Part shown: positions 18,223 to 27,029 of the stretch, in pieces | Layout of the letters: every line of letters starts with the position of its first letter | How positions within the stretch are numbered: position 1 is the first letter of the stretch | Source: Nitrosotalea sp. | Lineage (GTDB): Bacteria; Methylomirabilota; Methylomirabilia; Rokubacteriales; CSP1-6 | DNA length: 64,000 nt | NCBI GenBank assembly: GCA_035519555.1 | Contig: DATIWG010000051.1 | Location: forward strand, 130,520 to 194,519 | Direction: 5' to 3' | The notes under the pieces: generated by a model | The model's database searches: none | Seen by the model: the letters and a program-made list of their open reading frames with translations, nothing else | What the model was told of the DNA's origin: nothing | Program-made: the position numbers and the translations under genes

Positions 18223-19864
18223 CCGGAAGCCCCGCCCGATCGCGGATATCGCGCGTGATCTGGGCCTGGCCCCCGACGAGTGGATGCCCTACGGTCGCGA
18301 CAAGGCCAAGGTGCAGGTGGGGGCCCTGGCCGCCCGCCGCGACCGTCCGGACGGAAAACTGGTGGTGGTCTCCTCGATCACGCCCACGCCCGCGGGCGAC
18401 GGCAAGACCACGATGACGATCGGGGTCGGACAGGCGCTGCACCGGATCGGGGCGCGACCGGTCATCGCGCTCCGCGAGCCGTCGATCGGGCCCACCCTCG
18501 GGATGAAGGGCGGTGGCACCGGGGGTGGCCGCGCGCAGGTCGTCCCGATGGAAGACATCAACCTGCACTTCACCGGCGACTTCCACGCGATCACCTCCGC
18601 CCACAACCTCCTCGCCGCCGCCATCGACAACCACGTCCACCACGGCAACCCCCTCGGTATCGATGTGCGCCAGGTGGCGTGGAAGCGGATCCTGGACGTC
18701 AACGACCGCGCCCTGCGCAACGTGGTGGTGGGCCTCGGGGGCCGGATGGACGGGGTGCCGCGCGAGGCGGGTTTCCTGATCACGTCGGCCTCCGAGATCA
18801 TGGCCGCCCTGTGTCTGGCCGACGATCTGATGGATCTCAAGCAGCGGCTGGGCCGCATGCTGGTGGCCCTCACCGCGGACGGCAAGCCGGTGGCCGCGGA
18901 CGCGCTCGGGGTCACCGGCGCGATGACCGCGCTTCTGCGCGACGCGATCCATCCGAACCTCGTGCAGACCATGGAGGGCACGCCGGCACTGGTGCACGGC
19001 GGGCCCTTCGCGAACATCGCCCACGGCTGCAACTCGGTGCTGGCCACCCGCCTGGCCCTGAAGCTCGGGGACGTCTGCCTCACCGAGGCGGGATTCGCCA
19101 CCGATCTCGGCGCCGAGAAGTTCTTCGACATCAAGTGCCGCCTCGCCGGCCTCAGGCCTGACGCGGCCATGATCGTGGCGACCGCCCGGGCGCTGAAGTA
19201 CCACGGCGGCGTCCCGGTGCCCGAGCTCGACCGCGAGAACGTCGCCGCGCTGACCACCGGGCTCGACAACCTGGAGGCCCACGTGGAGGCGGTGCGTCAG
19301 TTCAAGGTGCCCGTGCTGCTTGGCCTCAACCGATATCCGTCGGACACCGAGCGGGAATACGCGGCGGTGAAGGAGCGTTGCGCGCGGCTCGGGGTGGAGG
19401 CCCACGTGGCCGACGTGTTCGGCCGCGGCGGCGAGGGCGGGGAGGAGCTGGCCCGCGGGCTCCTCGCGCTGCTGGCCCGCGAGCGCTCCGCGTTCCAGCC
19501 GCTCTACGCCCTCGACGATCCGATCACGGTGAAGCTCGACACCATCGCCCGGCGCATCTACGGCGCGGACGGCGTCGAATATCCCAAGCGGGTGGAGCGT
19601 CAGATCGCCCAGGCCGAGAGTCTCGGCTACGGGAGGCTACCGATCTGCGTGGCGAAGACGCAGCGCTCGCTGTCCGACGATCCGTCGCTCCTGAACCGAC
19701 CCCGCGGGTTCAAGATCACGGTCAACGACGTGACCATCTCCGCGGGCGCCGGGTTCCTAGTCGCGATCACCGGCGACATCACCACGATGCCGGGCCTCCC
19801 GCGCCGACCCAACGCGGAGAGGGTGGACGTGACCCCGGACGGCAGCATCACCGGGCTATTCTGA
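18188..19864 (+). CDS. fhs: Formate-tetrahydrofolate ligase
   Basis: 558 aa. PTPAGDGKTTMTIG...GPTLGMKGGGTGGG...NLHFTGDFHAITSAHNLL...GGPFANIAHGCNS is canonical FTHFS. The first ATG at 18188 overlaps the thioesterase by 35 nt. Confidence 0.95.
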   Translation: MPTSTPSRPVADRKPRPIADIARDLGLAPDEWMPYGRDKAKVQVGALAARRDRPDGKLVVVSSITPTPAGDGKTTMTIGVGQALHRIGARPVIALREPSIGPTLGMKGGGTGGGRAQVVPMEDINLHFTGDFHAITSAHNLLAAAIDNHVHHGNPLGIDVRQVAWKRILDVNDRALRNVVVGLGGRMDGVPREAGFLITSASEIMAALCLADDLMDLKQRLGRMLVALTADGKPVAADALGVTGAMTALLRDAIHPNLVQTMEGTPALVHGGPFANIAHGCNSVLATRLALKLGDVCLTEAGFATDLGAEKFFDIKCRLAGLRPDAAMIVATARALKYHGGVPVPELDRENVAALTTGLDNLEAHVEAVRQFKVPVLLGLNRYPSDTEREYAAVKERCARLGVEAHVADVFGRGGEGGEELARGLLALLARERSAFQPLYALDDPITVKLDTIARRIYGADGVEYPKRVERQIAQAESLGYGRLPICVAKTQRSLSDDPSLLNRPRGFKITVNDVTISAGAGFLVAITGDITTMPGLPRRPNAERVDVTPDGSITGLF

Positions 19865-19870
19865 GCCGCG

Positions 19871-19879
19871 TGATATACT
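19871..19879 (+). promoter_or_regulatory. Candidate extended -10 promoter element (TGaTATACT) for the ABC-2 operon
   Basis: TGATATACT begins 7 nt after the fhs stop and lies 35 nt upstream of the ATG at 19914. Confidence 0.3.
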
Positions 19880-19913
19880 GTCCGGCGGTCCCGGCGAGAA
19901 CCGGGCCACATAT

Positions 19914-20885
19914 ATGATCCAGGTCGACAATCTGACGAAGCGCTACGGGCCGGTCGAGGCCATCCACGACGTGTCGTTCAGCGTGGACAAGGGCCGCATC
20001 GTGGGCTTTCTCGGGCCCAACGGGGCGGGCAAGTCCACCACGATGAAGATCCTGTCGTGCTTCATGCCGGCCAGCGGTGGCACCGCGAAGGTCGCGGGGT
20101 ACGACGTCTTCTCCCAGTCCATTGAGGTGCGCCGGCGCATCGGCTACCTGCCCGAGAACGCCCCGCTCTATCCCGATCTCTCGGTGGCCTCGTATCTCGA
20201 CTTCGTGGCCGAGATCAAGGGCGTGGGTCGGGCGGCGCGGCGCGGCCGCGTGGCCGACGTGATGGAGCGCTGCTTCATCACCGACATGCAGAAACGGCTC
20301 ATCGGCAAGCTCTCCAAGGGCTATCGGCAGCGGGTGGGGCTGGCCCAGGCCCTCCTCGGGGATCCGGAGGTGCTGATCCTCGACGAGCCCACCATCGGGC
20401 TCGATCCGCGCCAGATCACGGAGATCCGGTCGCTGATCCGCTCGCTGGCCGGGCAGCACACCGTGATCCTCTCCACCCACATCCTCCCCGAGGTCTCGAT
20501 GGTCTGCGACGGAGTGATCATCATCAAGGACGGTCGCATCGTCGCCCAGGGCACCGAGTCCGATCTGGTCCGGCGGGTGTTTCCCGCCGCCCGGATCGAG
20601 GTGCGGGTCGCGGGGGCGACCGGTGACGTGGCCGGCTCGCTGCGGGCGCTGCCCGGGGTGGTGGGGGTCCAGCCGCTGGCCTCCCGCGACGGCGCGGTGG
20701 GCTTCCTGGTCGAGGCGGAGCGCGATCGCGACGTGCGCCCGGAGCTGGTCCGCCTGGTGACGGGCAAGGGCTGGGCGCTGCAGGAGCTGCACCAGGTCGG
20801 CATGAGCCTCGAGGAGGTCTTCATGCACGTGATCGCGGGCGAGCAGGAGCCGCACGAGGCCCTCGCGGGGGAGGAGGCGAGCTGA
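19914..20885 (+). CDS. ABC transporter ATP-binding protein (ABC-2 / GldA-like)
   Basis: Walker A is GPNGAGKST, the signature is LSKGYRQR, and Walker B is VLILDEPT. Confidence 0.9.
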   Translation: MIQVDNLTKRYGPVEAIHDVSFSVDKGRIVGFLGPNGAGKSTTMKILSCFMPASGGTAKVAGYDVFSQSIEVRRRIGYLPENAPLYPDLSVASYLDFVAEIKGVGRAARRGRVADVMERCFITDMQKRLIGKLSKGYRQRVGLAQALLGDPEVLILDEPTIGLDPRQITEIRSLIRSLAGQHTVILSTHILPEVSMVCDGVIIIKDGRIVAQGTESDLVRRVFPAARIEVRVAGATGDVAGSLRALPGVVGVQPLASRDGAVGFLVEAERDRDVRPELVRLVTGKGWALQELHQVGMSLEEVFMHVIAGEQEPHEALAGEEAS

Positions 20886-21652
20886 TGGGCTGGCTGCCCG
20901 TCTTCAAGAAGGAGATGCGGCTCTACTTCGGGTCGCCGGTGGCCTACGTGGTCTTCACCTTCTTCCTGCTGATCTCGGGCTGGTTCTTCAGCCAGATCTT
21001 CCTGTTCTACAGCGACGCCTCGATGCGCTCGTTCATGCAGCCGCAGTTCGGACAGAACCTCAACGTGATCGAGAACGTGATGCGCCCGCTCTTCACCAAC
21101 ATGAGCGTGGTGCTCCTGTTCTTCATCCCGATGCTGACGATGCGCCTGTTCGCCGAGGAGCAGAAGTCGGGGACCATCGAGCTGCTGCTGACCTATCCGG
21201 TGCGCGACGGTGAGGTGCTCGCCGGCAAGTACCTGGCCGCGCTCGCCCTCTTTGCAATCCTGCTCGCCCTGACTCTGCTCTATCCCGGATTGATCGCCTA
21301 TTTCACCCGGGTAGAATGGGGACCCATCTTCACCGGCTACCTGGGTCTGCTGCTGACCGGCGCGGTGTTCCTCGCGGTGGGTGTGCTGGTGTCCTCGATG
21401 ACCGAGAACCAGATCGTGGCCGGCTTCGGCACCTTCGGCATCCTGCTCGGGTTCTGGATCGTGGGCTGGGGCGCCGAGTTCGCGGGCGGCAACCTGCGCG
21501 GGGTGCTCCAGTACCTCTCGATCGGCGATCACCTGGACGGCTTCACCCGCGGGCTCATCGACACCAAGGACCTCGTCTACTACGTGACCGGGGTCGGGCT
21601 CGCGCTGTTCCTCGCCCTGCGATCGGTCGAGTCGAAGCGATGGAAGGGTTGA
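20885..21652 (+). CDS. ABC-2 type transporter permease (GldF-like)
   Basis: The start overlaps the upstream stop (TGATG). 255 aa with six hydrophobic segments. The FKKEMRLYFGSPVAYVV N-terminus is typical of ABC-2/GldF permeases. Confidence 0.85.
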   Translation: MGWLPVFKKEMRLYFGSPVAYVVFTFFLLISGWFFSQIFLFYSDASMRSFMQPQFGQNLNVIENVMRPLFTNMSVVLLFFIPMLTMRLFAEEQKSGTIELLLTYPVRDGEVLAGKYLAALALFAILLALTLLYPGLIAYFTRVEWGPIFTGYLGLLLTGAVFLAVGVLVSSMTENQIVAGFGTFGILLGFWIVGWGAEFAGGNLRGVLQYLSIGDHLDGFTRGLIDTKDLVYYVTGVGLALFLALRSVESKRWKG

Positions 21653-21656
21653 TCGG

Positions 21657-23240
21657 ATGAGCCTGCTCAGAAGCCACTCGGTGAGCGCGGCGATCGTCTG
21701 CCTCATCCTGGCGGGGGCGTGCTGGCTCCTCTACCCGGGCATCCCCGCCCGCTGGGTCTTCCTCGGCGCGGGCGTGGGCTTCCTGCTCCTCTCGCTGATG
21801 CTGAACGCCCGTGAGGCGCAGGCCGCCATGGGAACCCGCACCGCGCGATACGGGGCCGGGGCGGCGGTCATGGCGCTGCTCGCCCTCGGCGTCGTGGTGG
21901 CCGCGAACGCGATCTCCTTCCGCCACAGCACCCGCTGGGACCTCACCGAGAACAAGCGCAACAGCGTGTCGGCCCAGACCGTCCAGGTCCTGCGCACCCT
22001 CAAGGCGCCGGTGACCGCGATCGCGTTCTTCCGCTCGGACACGCCGGGCAAGAAAACGGCCGAGGACCTGCTCGCGCAGTACGCGACCTACTCGGGCGGC
22101 AAGTTCACGTGGCGGCTCGAGGACACCGACAAGGCGCCGGCCCTCGCGCGCCAGTATGGCGTCGAGAGCTACGGCACCGTCGTGCTCGAGGGAGGCGCCC
22201 CCGGGCAGGTGCGCACCGAGAAGGTGCAGGACGCCGACGAGGAGAAGCTGACCAACGCCATCGTGAAGGTGACCCGCGCGGGCAAGCGGGTGGTCTACGT
22301 GCTGAAGGGGCACGGCGAGCGGGAGATCGGCAGCACCGATCGAGCGGGCTTCAGCCAGGCCAAGGAGCAGATGGAGAAGGCGAACTACGAGGTGAAGGAG
22401 CTGTTCCTGGCCCGCGATCCCAAGGTCCCCGACGACGCGGGCATCGTGGTCGTCCCGGGCCCGAAGACGGACCTCTTCCCGCAAGAGCTGGCCGCCCTCG
22501 ACGCCTACATCGCGCGCGCCGGCAAGGTCTTCTTCATGGCTGGACCGTTCCAGGCCAACACCACCGTGAAGTACCTGAGCAAGTACGGGGTGGTGGTGGA
22601 CGACGACGTGGTCATCGAGCTGAATCCGATCGGCCAGCTCTTCGGGGTGGGCCCGCTCGTGCCGGTGGTCGGGCAGTACGATCCGCACCCGATCACCAAG
22701 GACATGGGTGGGATCATGACCCTGTTCCCGCTGACCCGGTCGGTGGCCCCCGCCAAGTCGATGCCCAAGGGAGTGCAGGCCTCGCCGCTCGCCCAGACCA
22801 GCCGCCAGTCCTGGGGTGAGACCGACAAGGCGGTCTTCCAGACCGGCAAGGCCACGCCGGATCCCAACGAGAAGACGGGCCCGCTCGCGGTGGCGATGGT
22901 GGCCACGGTGGATGCCCAGTCCGATCCCAAGGCCGAGCCGGCCGACGCCGCGAAGAAGCCGGCGCCGAAGGCCCGCCTCGTGGTGGTGGGTACCGCGGAC
23001 TTCGCGGACAACCAGTTCCTGGGCGCCCAGGGCAATCGCGACTTCTTCCTCAACATCGTGTCGTGGCTCGCGGAGGAGGAGGACCTGATCTCCATCCGTG
23101 CCAAGGACCCCAAGCAGAACCCGGTGGTGCTGACCTCCGCACAGTCGAACCTAGTGCTGGGGCTGCCGCTCGTGGCCCTGCCGGGCGCCGTGCTGATCTG
23201 CGGCATCGCGGTGATCATGCAGCGGCGCCGTGCGCGCTAG
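21657..23240 (+). CDS. GldG-like ABC-transporter accessory protein
   Basis: 527 aa with N- and C-terminal TM anchors. RWDLTENKRNSVSAQT...VVVGTADFADNQFL...NRDFFLNIVSWL is the GldG/ABC-type uncharacterised transport system pattern. Confidence 0.8.
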   Translation: MSLLRSHSVSAAIVCLILAGACWLLYPGIPARWVFLGAGVGFLLLSLMLNAREAQAAMGTRTARYGAGAAVMALLALGVVVAANAISFRHSTRWDLTENKRNSVSAQTVQVLRTLKAPVTAIAFFRSDTPGKKTAEDLLAQYATYSGGKFTWRLEDTDKAPALARQYGVESYGTVVLEGGAPGQVRTEKVQDADEEKLTNAIVKVTRAGKRVVYVLKGHGEREIGSTDRAGFSQAKEQMEKANYEVKELFLARDPKVPDDAGIVVVPGPKTDLFPQELAALDAYIARAGKVFFMAGPFQANTTVKYLSKYGVVVDDDVVIELNPIGQLFGVGPLVPVVGQYDPHPITKDMGGIMTLFPLTRSVAPAKSMPKGVQASPLAQTSRQSWGETDKAVFQTGKATPDPNEKTGPLAVAMVATVDAQSDPKAEPADAAKKPAPKARLVVVGTADFADNQFLGAQGNRDFFLNIVSWLAEEEDLISIRAKDPKQNPVVLTSAQSNLVLGLPLVALPGAVLICGIAVIMQRRRAR

Positions 23241-23243
23241 CCC

Positions 23244-25019
23244 ATGGCGCGCTGGAAGACGACCGTCGTCCTGCTGGTGGTGGCCGCCGGCCTCGGCGGG
23301 TTCTTCTACTACGACACCTACTGGCTGAATCCCAAGCGCGAGAAGGCCGAGTCCGCCAAGGGGCGGATCTGGATCGTCGAGCCGAAGGACGTCGAGGGCG
23401 TCACCCTCGTCCGCAAGGACGAGACGATCCGGCTGAAGCGCACCGCGGACGGCGGCTGGGAGCTGCTCGAGCCGGTAAAGGCCCGGGGTGATCGCTCCGT
23501 GGTGGACGACATGGTGACGGGCCTCGCCACCGCCCGCATGGACCGCGAGATCGACGCCAACCCGGCCAAGCCCGCCGACTTCGGACTCGAGCCCCCGCAG
23601 GCGGAGGTGCGCCTCGACGTCAAGGGGCGCGCCGAGCCGCTCGTCCTCCGGGTGGGTAGCAAGAACCCGACCGGCGTCTGGGTCTACGCGCGCGAGGGAG
23701 CCAAGCCCGCGGTGATCACGCTCTCGGAGAGCGTCGCGCGCGACACCGGCCGTCCCACCGCCGACTTCCGCGACCGTAGCGTGATCGCCTTCGACCGACG
23801 CAACGTCACCGGGATCGACCTCGACGTCGGCGGTGACCAGATGGGGGTGAGCGCCGACGAGCCCGGCAAGTGGCGGATCGTGAAGCCCCGCGACATCCGC
23901 GCCGATGCCGACATGATCGCGGAGTTCCTCGACAAGCTCGAGGGGGCGAAGGCGATCGAGTTCGTCGACGACGCGCCGAAATCGCTCCAGCCCTACGGCC
24001 TCGACAAGCCGACCCGCGTGACGCTGTGGCTCGGCAAGGACAAGGACCGCTCGTCGCGCACGCTGCTCGTCGGGCGCGCGGTGCCCGAGAAGAAGGGGGT
24101 GTACGTCAAGCGCGACGGCGAGCCGGGGGTCATCCTGACCGCGGAAGCGCTCTGGAGCGCGCTCCCGAAGAACGTGGCTGCCCTCCGCGACAAGGCGGTG
24201 GTGAGCTACGCCTACGACAAGCTCGCCAAGGTCGAGGTTGCCCACGGCCACGACGCCGTCGTGCTCGAGAAGGACGGCGCGGGCTGGAAGCTGACCGCGC
24301 CCGAGGCCCTCAAGGCGGACAGCGGGGCGGTGACCCAGCTCCTGTGGAAGGTCCGCGATCTGCGCGCTCTGGCCTTCCTGTCCGAATCCGCCGGCGACGT
24401 GCCGCGCTTCCTGAGCCGGCCCGAGGTCACCGTGAAGCTCTGGGAGGAAGGCGCCAAGGCGCCCAGGACGCTCCTGCTTCAGTCCTCGACGGAGCGGCGA
24501 GGCGGCCAGCCGGCCGCGCTGGCCGCGGTGCAGGGAGAGGGACCGGTGATGCTCGTCGAGGGCAAGGCGCTCACCGAGCTCACCCCCGGCGTCTCCGAGC
24601 TCCGCGACCGGACCCTGATACCCGGCCTCGAGGTCGGCGACGTCAAGCGCGCGCGCGTGAGCGGGGGCGAGAAGCCCCTTCTCGTCGAGAAGAGCGGCGA
24701 GACCGAGTGGAAGCAGGTCGAGCCGGTGCGCGGGAGAACCAAGGAAGGGCGGGTCGCGAGCCTGCTCCTGTCGCTGCGCGGACTCCGGTGGAAGGAGATC
24801 GCCTCCAAGGGTGGCGACGACGCCAAGTTCGGTCTCGACAAGCCCGAGCTCGAGGTGACCTTGTGGAAGGCCGATGGGAGCGAGCTGGCCACGCTGCTGG
24901 TGGGCCGCACCGACGGTCCGGTGACCTACGTGAAACTGAAGGCCCAGCCGGGGATTTTCGCTCTCTCCAGCAAGGACTTGGAGGACGTGCGGAAGGCCCG
25001 CGCCGAGATCCCAGCTTGA
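23244..25019 (+). CDS. DUF4340 domain protein
   Basis: 591 aa with an N-terminal anchor, and it always follows the GldA/F/G-like genes. Repeated beta-rich modules contain the W.L..P pattern (GGWELLEP, GKWRIVKP, AGWKLTAP, TEWKQVEP). Confidence 0.75.
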   Translation: MARWKTTVVLLVVAAGLGGFFYYDTYWLNPKREKAESAKGRIWIVEPKDVEGVTLVRKDETIRLKRTADGGWELLEPVKARGDRSVVDDMVTGLATARMDREIDANPAKPADFGLEPPQAEVRLDVKGRAEPLVLRVGSKNPTGVWVYAREGAKPAVITLSESVARDTGRPTADFRDRSVIAFDRRNVTGIDLDVGGDQMGVSADEPGKWRIVKPRDIRADADMIAEFLDKLEGAKAIEFVDDAPKSLQPYGLDKPTRVTLWLGKDKDRSSRTLLVGRAVPEKKGVYVKRDGEPGVILTAEALWSALPKNVAALRDKAVVSYAYDKLAKVEVAHGHDAVVLEKDGAGWKLTAPEALKADSGAVTQLLWKVRDLRALAFLSESAGDVPRFLSRPEVTVKLWEEGAKAPRTLLLQSSTERRGGQPAALAAVQGEGPVMLVEGKALTELTPGVSELRDRTLIPGLEVGDVKRARVSGGEKPLLVEKSGETEWKQVEPVRGRTKEGRVASLLLSLRGLRWKEIASKGGDDAKFGLDKPELEVTLWKADGSELATLLVGRTDGPVTYVKLKAQPGIFALSSKDLEDVRKARAEIPA

Positions 25020-25074
25020 CCGGCTCCTCCGTCCGGCCCAGAATACCGCCGTCCGTGGGCTCGTCGGAGGGGAT

Positions 25075-25446
25075 ATGAGGACAGCAGCCGTGCTCGTGGG
25101 TCTCGCTCTTTCGCTGGTGTCGGTCCCCTGGGGGGCCTCTGCCGCCGAGGTGCTTCGCCCGACCGTCCTGGCCCCGAACCCGTATGCGATGACGCCGCCG
25201 CCCGCGCCGCTCGTTCCACAGAACACGCGACCGGCTCCCGTGAGGCCATCGTATCGGCCGGGTCCGGTCGTGACCTCGCCGTGCTGCGTGACCGGGTATT
25301 GGGCCTATCAGTGGGTGCCAACCGCGTACACGACCTACGTCTGGGTTCCGGGCTACGTCACCGAGAGCGGCATTCTGGTGGGCGGCGGCTACCAGCCTCA
25401 GGTCGTGACCAGCGGGTACTACCAGCCCATCTGGATCAGTTACTGA
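25075..25446 (+). CDS. Small secreted Pro- and aromatic-rich protein
   Basis: GGAGGGG Shine-Dalgarno sequence. The signal peptide ends ...VPWGASAAE. The C-terminus GYWAYQWVPTAYTTYVWVPGYV...GYYQPIWISY resembles YXWGXW-type repeats. Confidence 0.55.
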   Translation: MRTAAVLVGLALSLVSVPWGASAAEVLRPTVLAPNPYAMTPPPAPLVPQNTRPAPVRPSYRPGPVVTSPCCVTGYWAYQWVPTAYTTYVWVPGYVTESGILVGGGYQPQVVTSGYYQPIWISY

Positions 25447-26129
25447 TGGCCGAGGGGCTGTACCTGAAGCAGGTCGAGCTCGGGCCGATGCAGAACTTCG
25501 TGTATCTCATCGGCGACAAGGCGAGCCGTGAGTGCGTGGTGGTGGATCCCGCGTGGGAGATCGACGGCATCGTGGACCTGCTGGCCGCCGACGACATGCG
25601 CCTGACCGGGGTGCTGGTCACCCACACGCACCAGGACCACGTGGGCGGTCACCTCTTCGGCCACGACATCCCGGGCGTGGCCGAGCTGTTGGCCAAGCAC
25701 GCGGCCAAGGTCTACGTGCATCGGGCCGAGCGCGACTTCCTCAAGGGCTTTGGCTCGGACCTCGTGAAGGTCGAGGGGGGTGACACGCTGCAGGTCGGGG
25801 CGATCCCGCTCACCTTCATTCATACCCCCGGCCACACGCCGGGCTCGCAGTGCTTCCTCGTCGACGGCTGCCTGATCTCGGGCGACACCCTTTTCATCCG
25901 CTCCTGCGGACGCACGGACCTCCCGGGCAGCGACCCGAAGGAGATGTATACCTCGCTGACGCAGCGTCTGGGCGCGCTACCCGAGGAGACGGTCGTGCTG
26001 CCCGGACACAACTACGGGGGCTCCCAGACCACGATCGGCGCCGAGAAGCGCCAGAACCCGATGATGCGCTTCTCCTCCATGACCGAGTTCCTGCACGTCA
26101 TGGGCGGTGGCCGCGTCGGCCGCACATAG
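25446..26129 (+). CDS. MBL-fold metallo-hydrolase (glyoxalase II-like)
   Basis: The ATG overlaps the upstream stop (TGATG). The metal motif is VLVTHTHQDHVGG, followed by HTPGHTPGS and GDTLF. Confidence 0.9.
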   Translation: MAEGLYLKQVELGPMQNFVYLIGDKASRECVVVDPAWEIDGIVDLLAADDMRLTGVLVTHTHQDHVGGHLFGHDIPGVAELLAKHAAKVYVHRAERDFLKGFGSDLVKVEGGDTLQVGAIPLTFIHTPGHTPGSQCFLVDGCLISGDTLFIRSCGRTDLPGSDPKEMYTSLTQRLGALPEETVVLPGHNYGGSQTTIGAEKRQNPMMRFSSMTEFLHVMGGGRVGRT

Positions 26130-26144
26130 CCCGCCCCGGGGCTC

Positions 26145-27029
26145 CTGCCCGCGCTCCTGATCGTCAACCCGGCGGCCGGCGGCGGCCGCGCGCTGAGCCG
26201 GTGGCCGCGGCTCCGTGACGCCCTCACGCGGCGCTCGTTCGCCTTCGACGTGGCGGAGACCCGCGGCCCCGGTCACGCGACCGCGCTCGCCGAGGAAGCC
26301 GCGCGGGCCGGCGTGCCGCTCGTGGTCGCGGTCGGCGGAGACGGCACCCTCAACGAGGTGATCAACGGCGTGGCTCCCCTCCGCGAGGCTCACCCGGTCA
26401 CCGTCGGCGCCGTGATGATCGGTCGCGGCCGCGATGCCTGCCGCAATCTCGGCCTGCCGCGCGATCCGGCCCGGGCCGCCGAGCGCCTGGTCGACGGGCG
26501 AGTCGTCGCGCGCGATCTCGGGCTGGCAGTGTGGCCGGGCGGTCGCCGCTTCTTCGCGGGCTGGGTCGGTGTCGGCTTCGACGCGGCCGTGGTCGAGCGG
26601 GCAGGGACGCGAGGCGGTCGTGTGAGGTATCTCGGCGCGACCGTCGCCAGCCTGTGCGGCTACCGGACGAGGGATGCGACCGTCGACGGGCCGGGCGAGG
26701 TGTCCTGGGCGGGGCGCGCCGCGAGCGTGGTCGTGTGCAACGGGTCGTCCTTCGGCGGGGGCATGCGCATTGCCCCGGCGGCGCGTCCCGACGACGGTCT
26801 GCTGGACGTGGTGGTGCTGGGCGCGCTCGGCCGCGCGGAGCTGGCGCTATGGCTGCCGACCGTGTACTGGGGCGGCCACCTCGCCAATTCGAAGATCCGG
26901 TCCTGGCGCGCGCGGGCCGTGCGGGTCAGGATGGCCGGAGCGCCGTCCGTCCAGGTCGACGGCGAGCTCGGCCCGGGCCCGCCGCTCGAGATCAGCGTGG
27001 AGGCGGCCGCGCTCCGTCTGCTCGTCTAA
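26145..27029 (+). CDS. Diacylglycerol-kinase-family lipid kinase (YegS/BmrU-like); start codon uncertain
   Basis: GGDGTLNEVINGV is the DAGK catalytic motif. The conserved N-terminal LLIVNPAAGGG (26154-26186) lies upstream of the first canonical start, GTG 26250. The only upstream candidates are CTG 26145 and CTG 26157. The frame is the same as the TAG stop of the MBL gene. Confidence 0.75.
   Translation: MPALLIVNPAAGGGRALSRWPRLRDALTRRSFAFDVAETRGPGHATALAEEAARAGVPLVVAVGGDGTLNEVINGVAPLREAHPVTVGAVMIGRGRDACRNLGLPRDPARAAERLVDGRVVARDLGLAVWPGGRRFFAGWVGVGFDAAVVERAGTRGGRVRYLGATVASLCGYRTRDATVDGPGEVSWAGRAASVVVCNGSSFGGGMRIAPAARPDDGLLDVVVLGALGRAELALWLPTVYWGGHLANSKIRSWRARAVRVRMAGAPSVQVDGELGPGPPLEISVEAAALRLLV

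Noticed and set aside
19881-19907. Small hairpin in the leader of the ABC-2 operon (CCCGG-CGAGAA-CCGGG)
   Set aside because: The stem is only 5 bp, which is within what is expected by chance in GC-rich DNA. It is not reported as a feature.
23151-25226. 691-aa minus-strand ORF
   Set aside because: It is antisense to the DUF4340 gene, which fits the conserved GldA/F/G/DUF4340 operon order. The translation is low-complexity.
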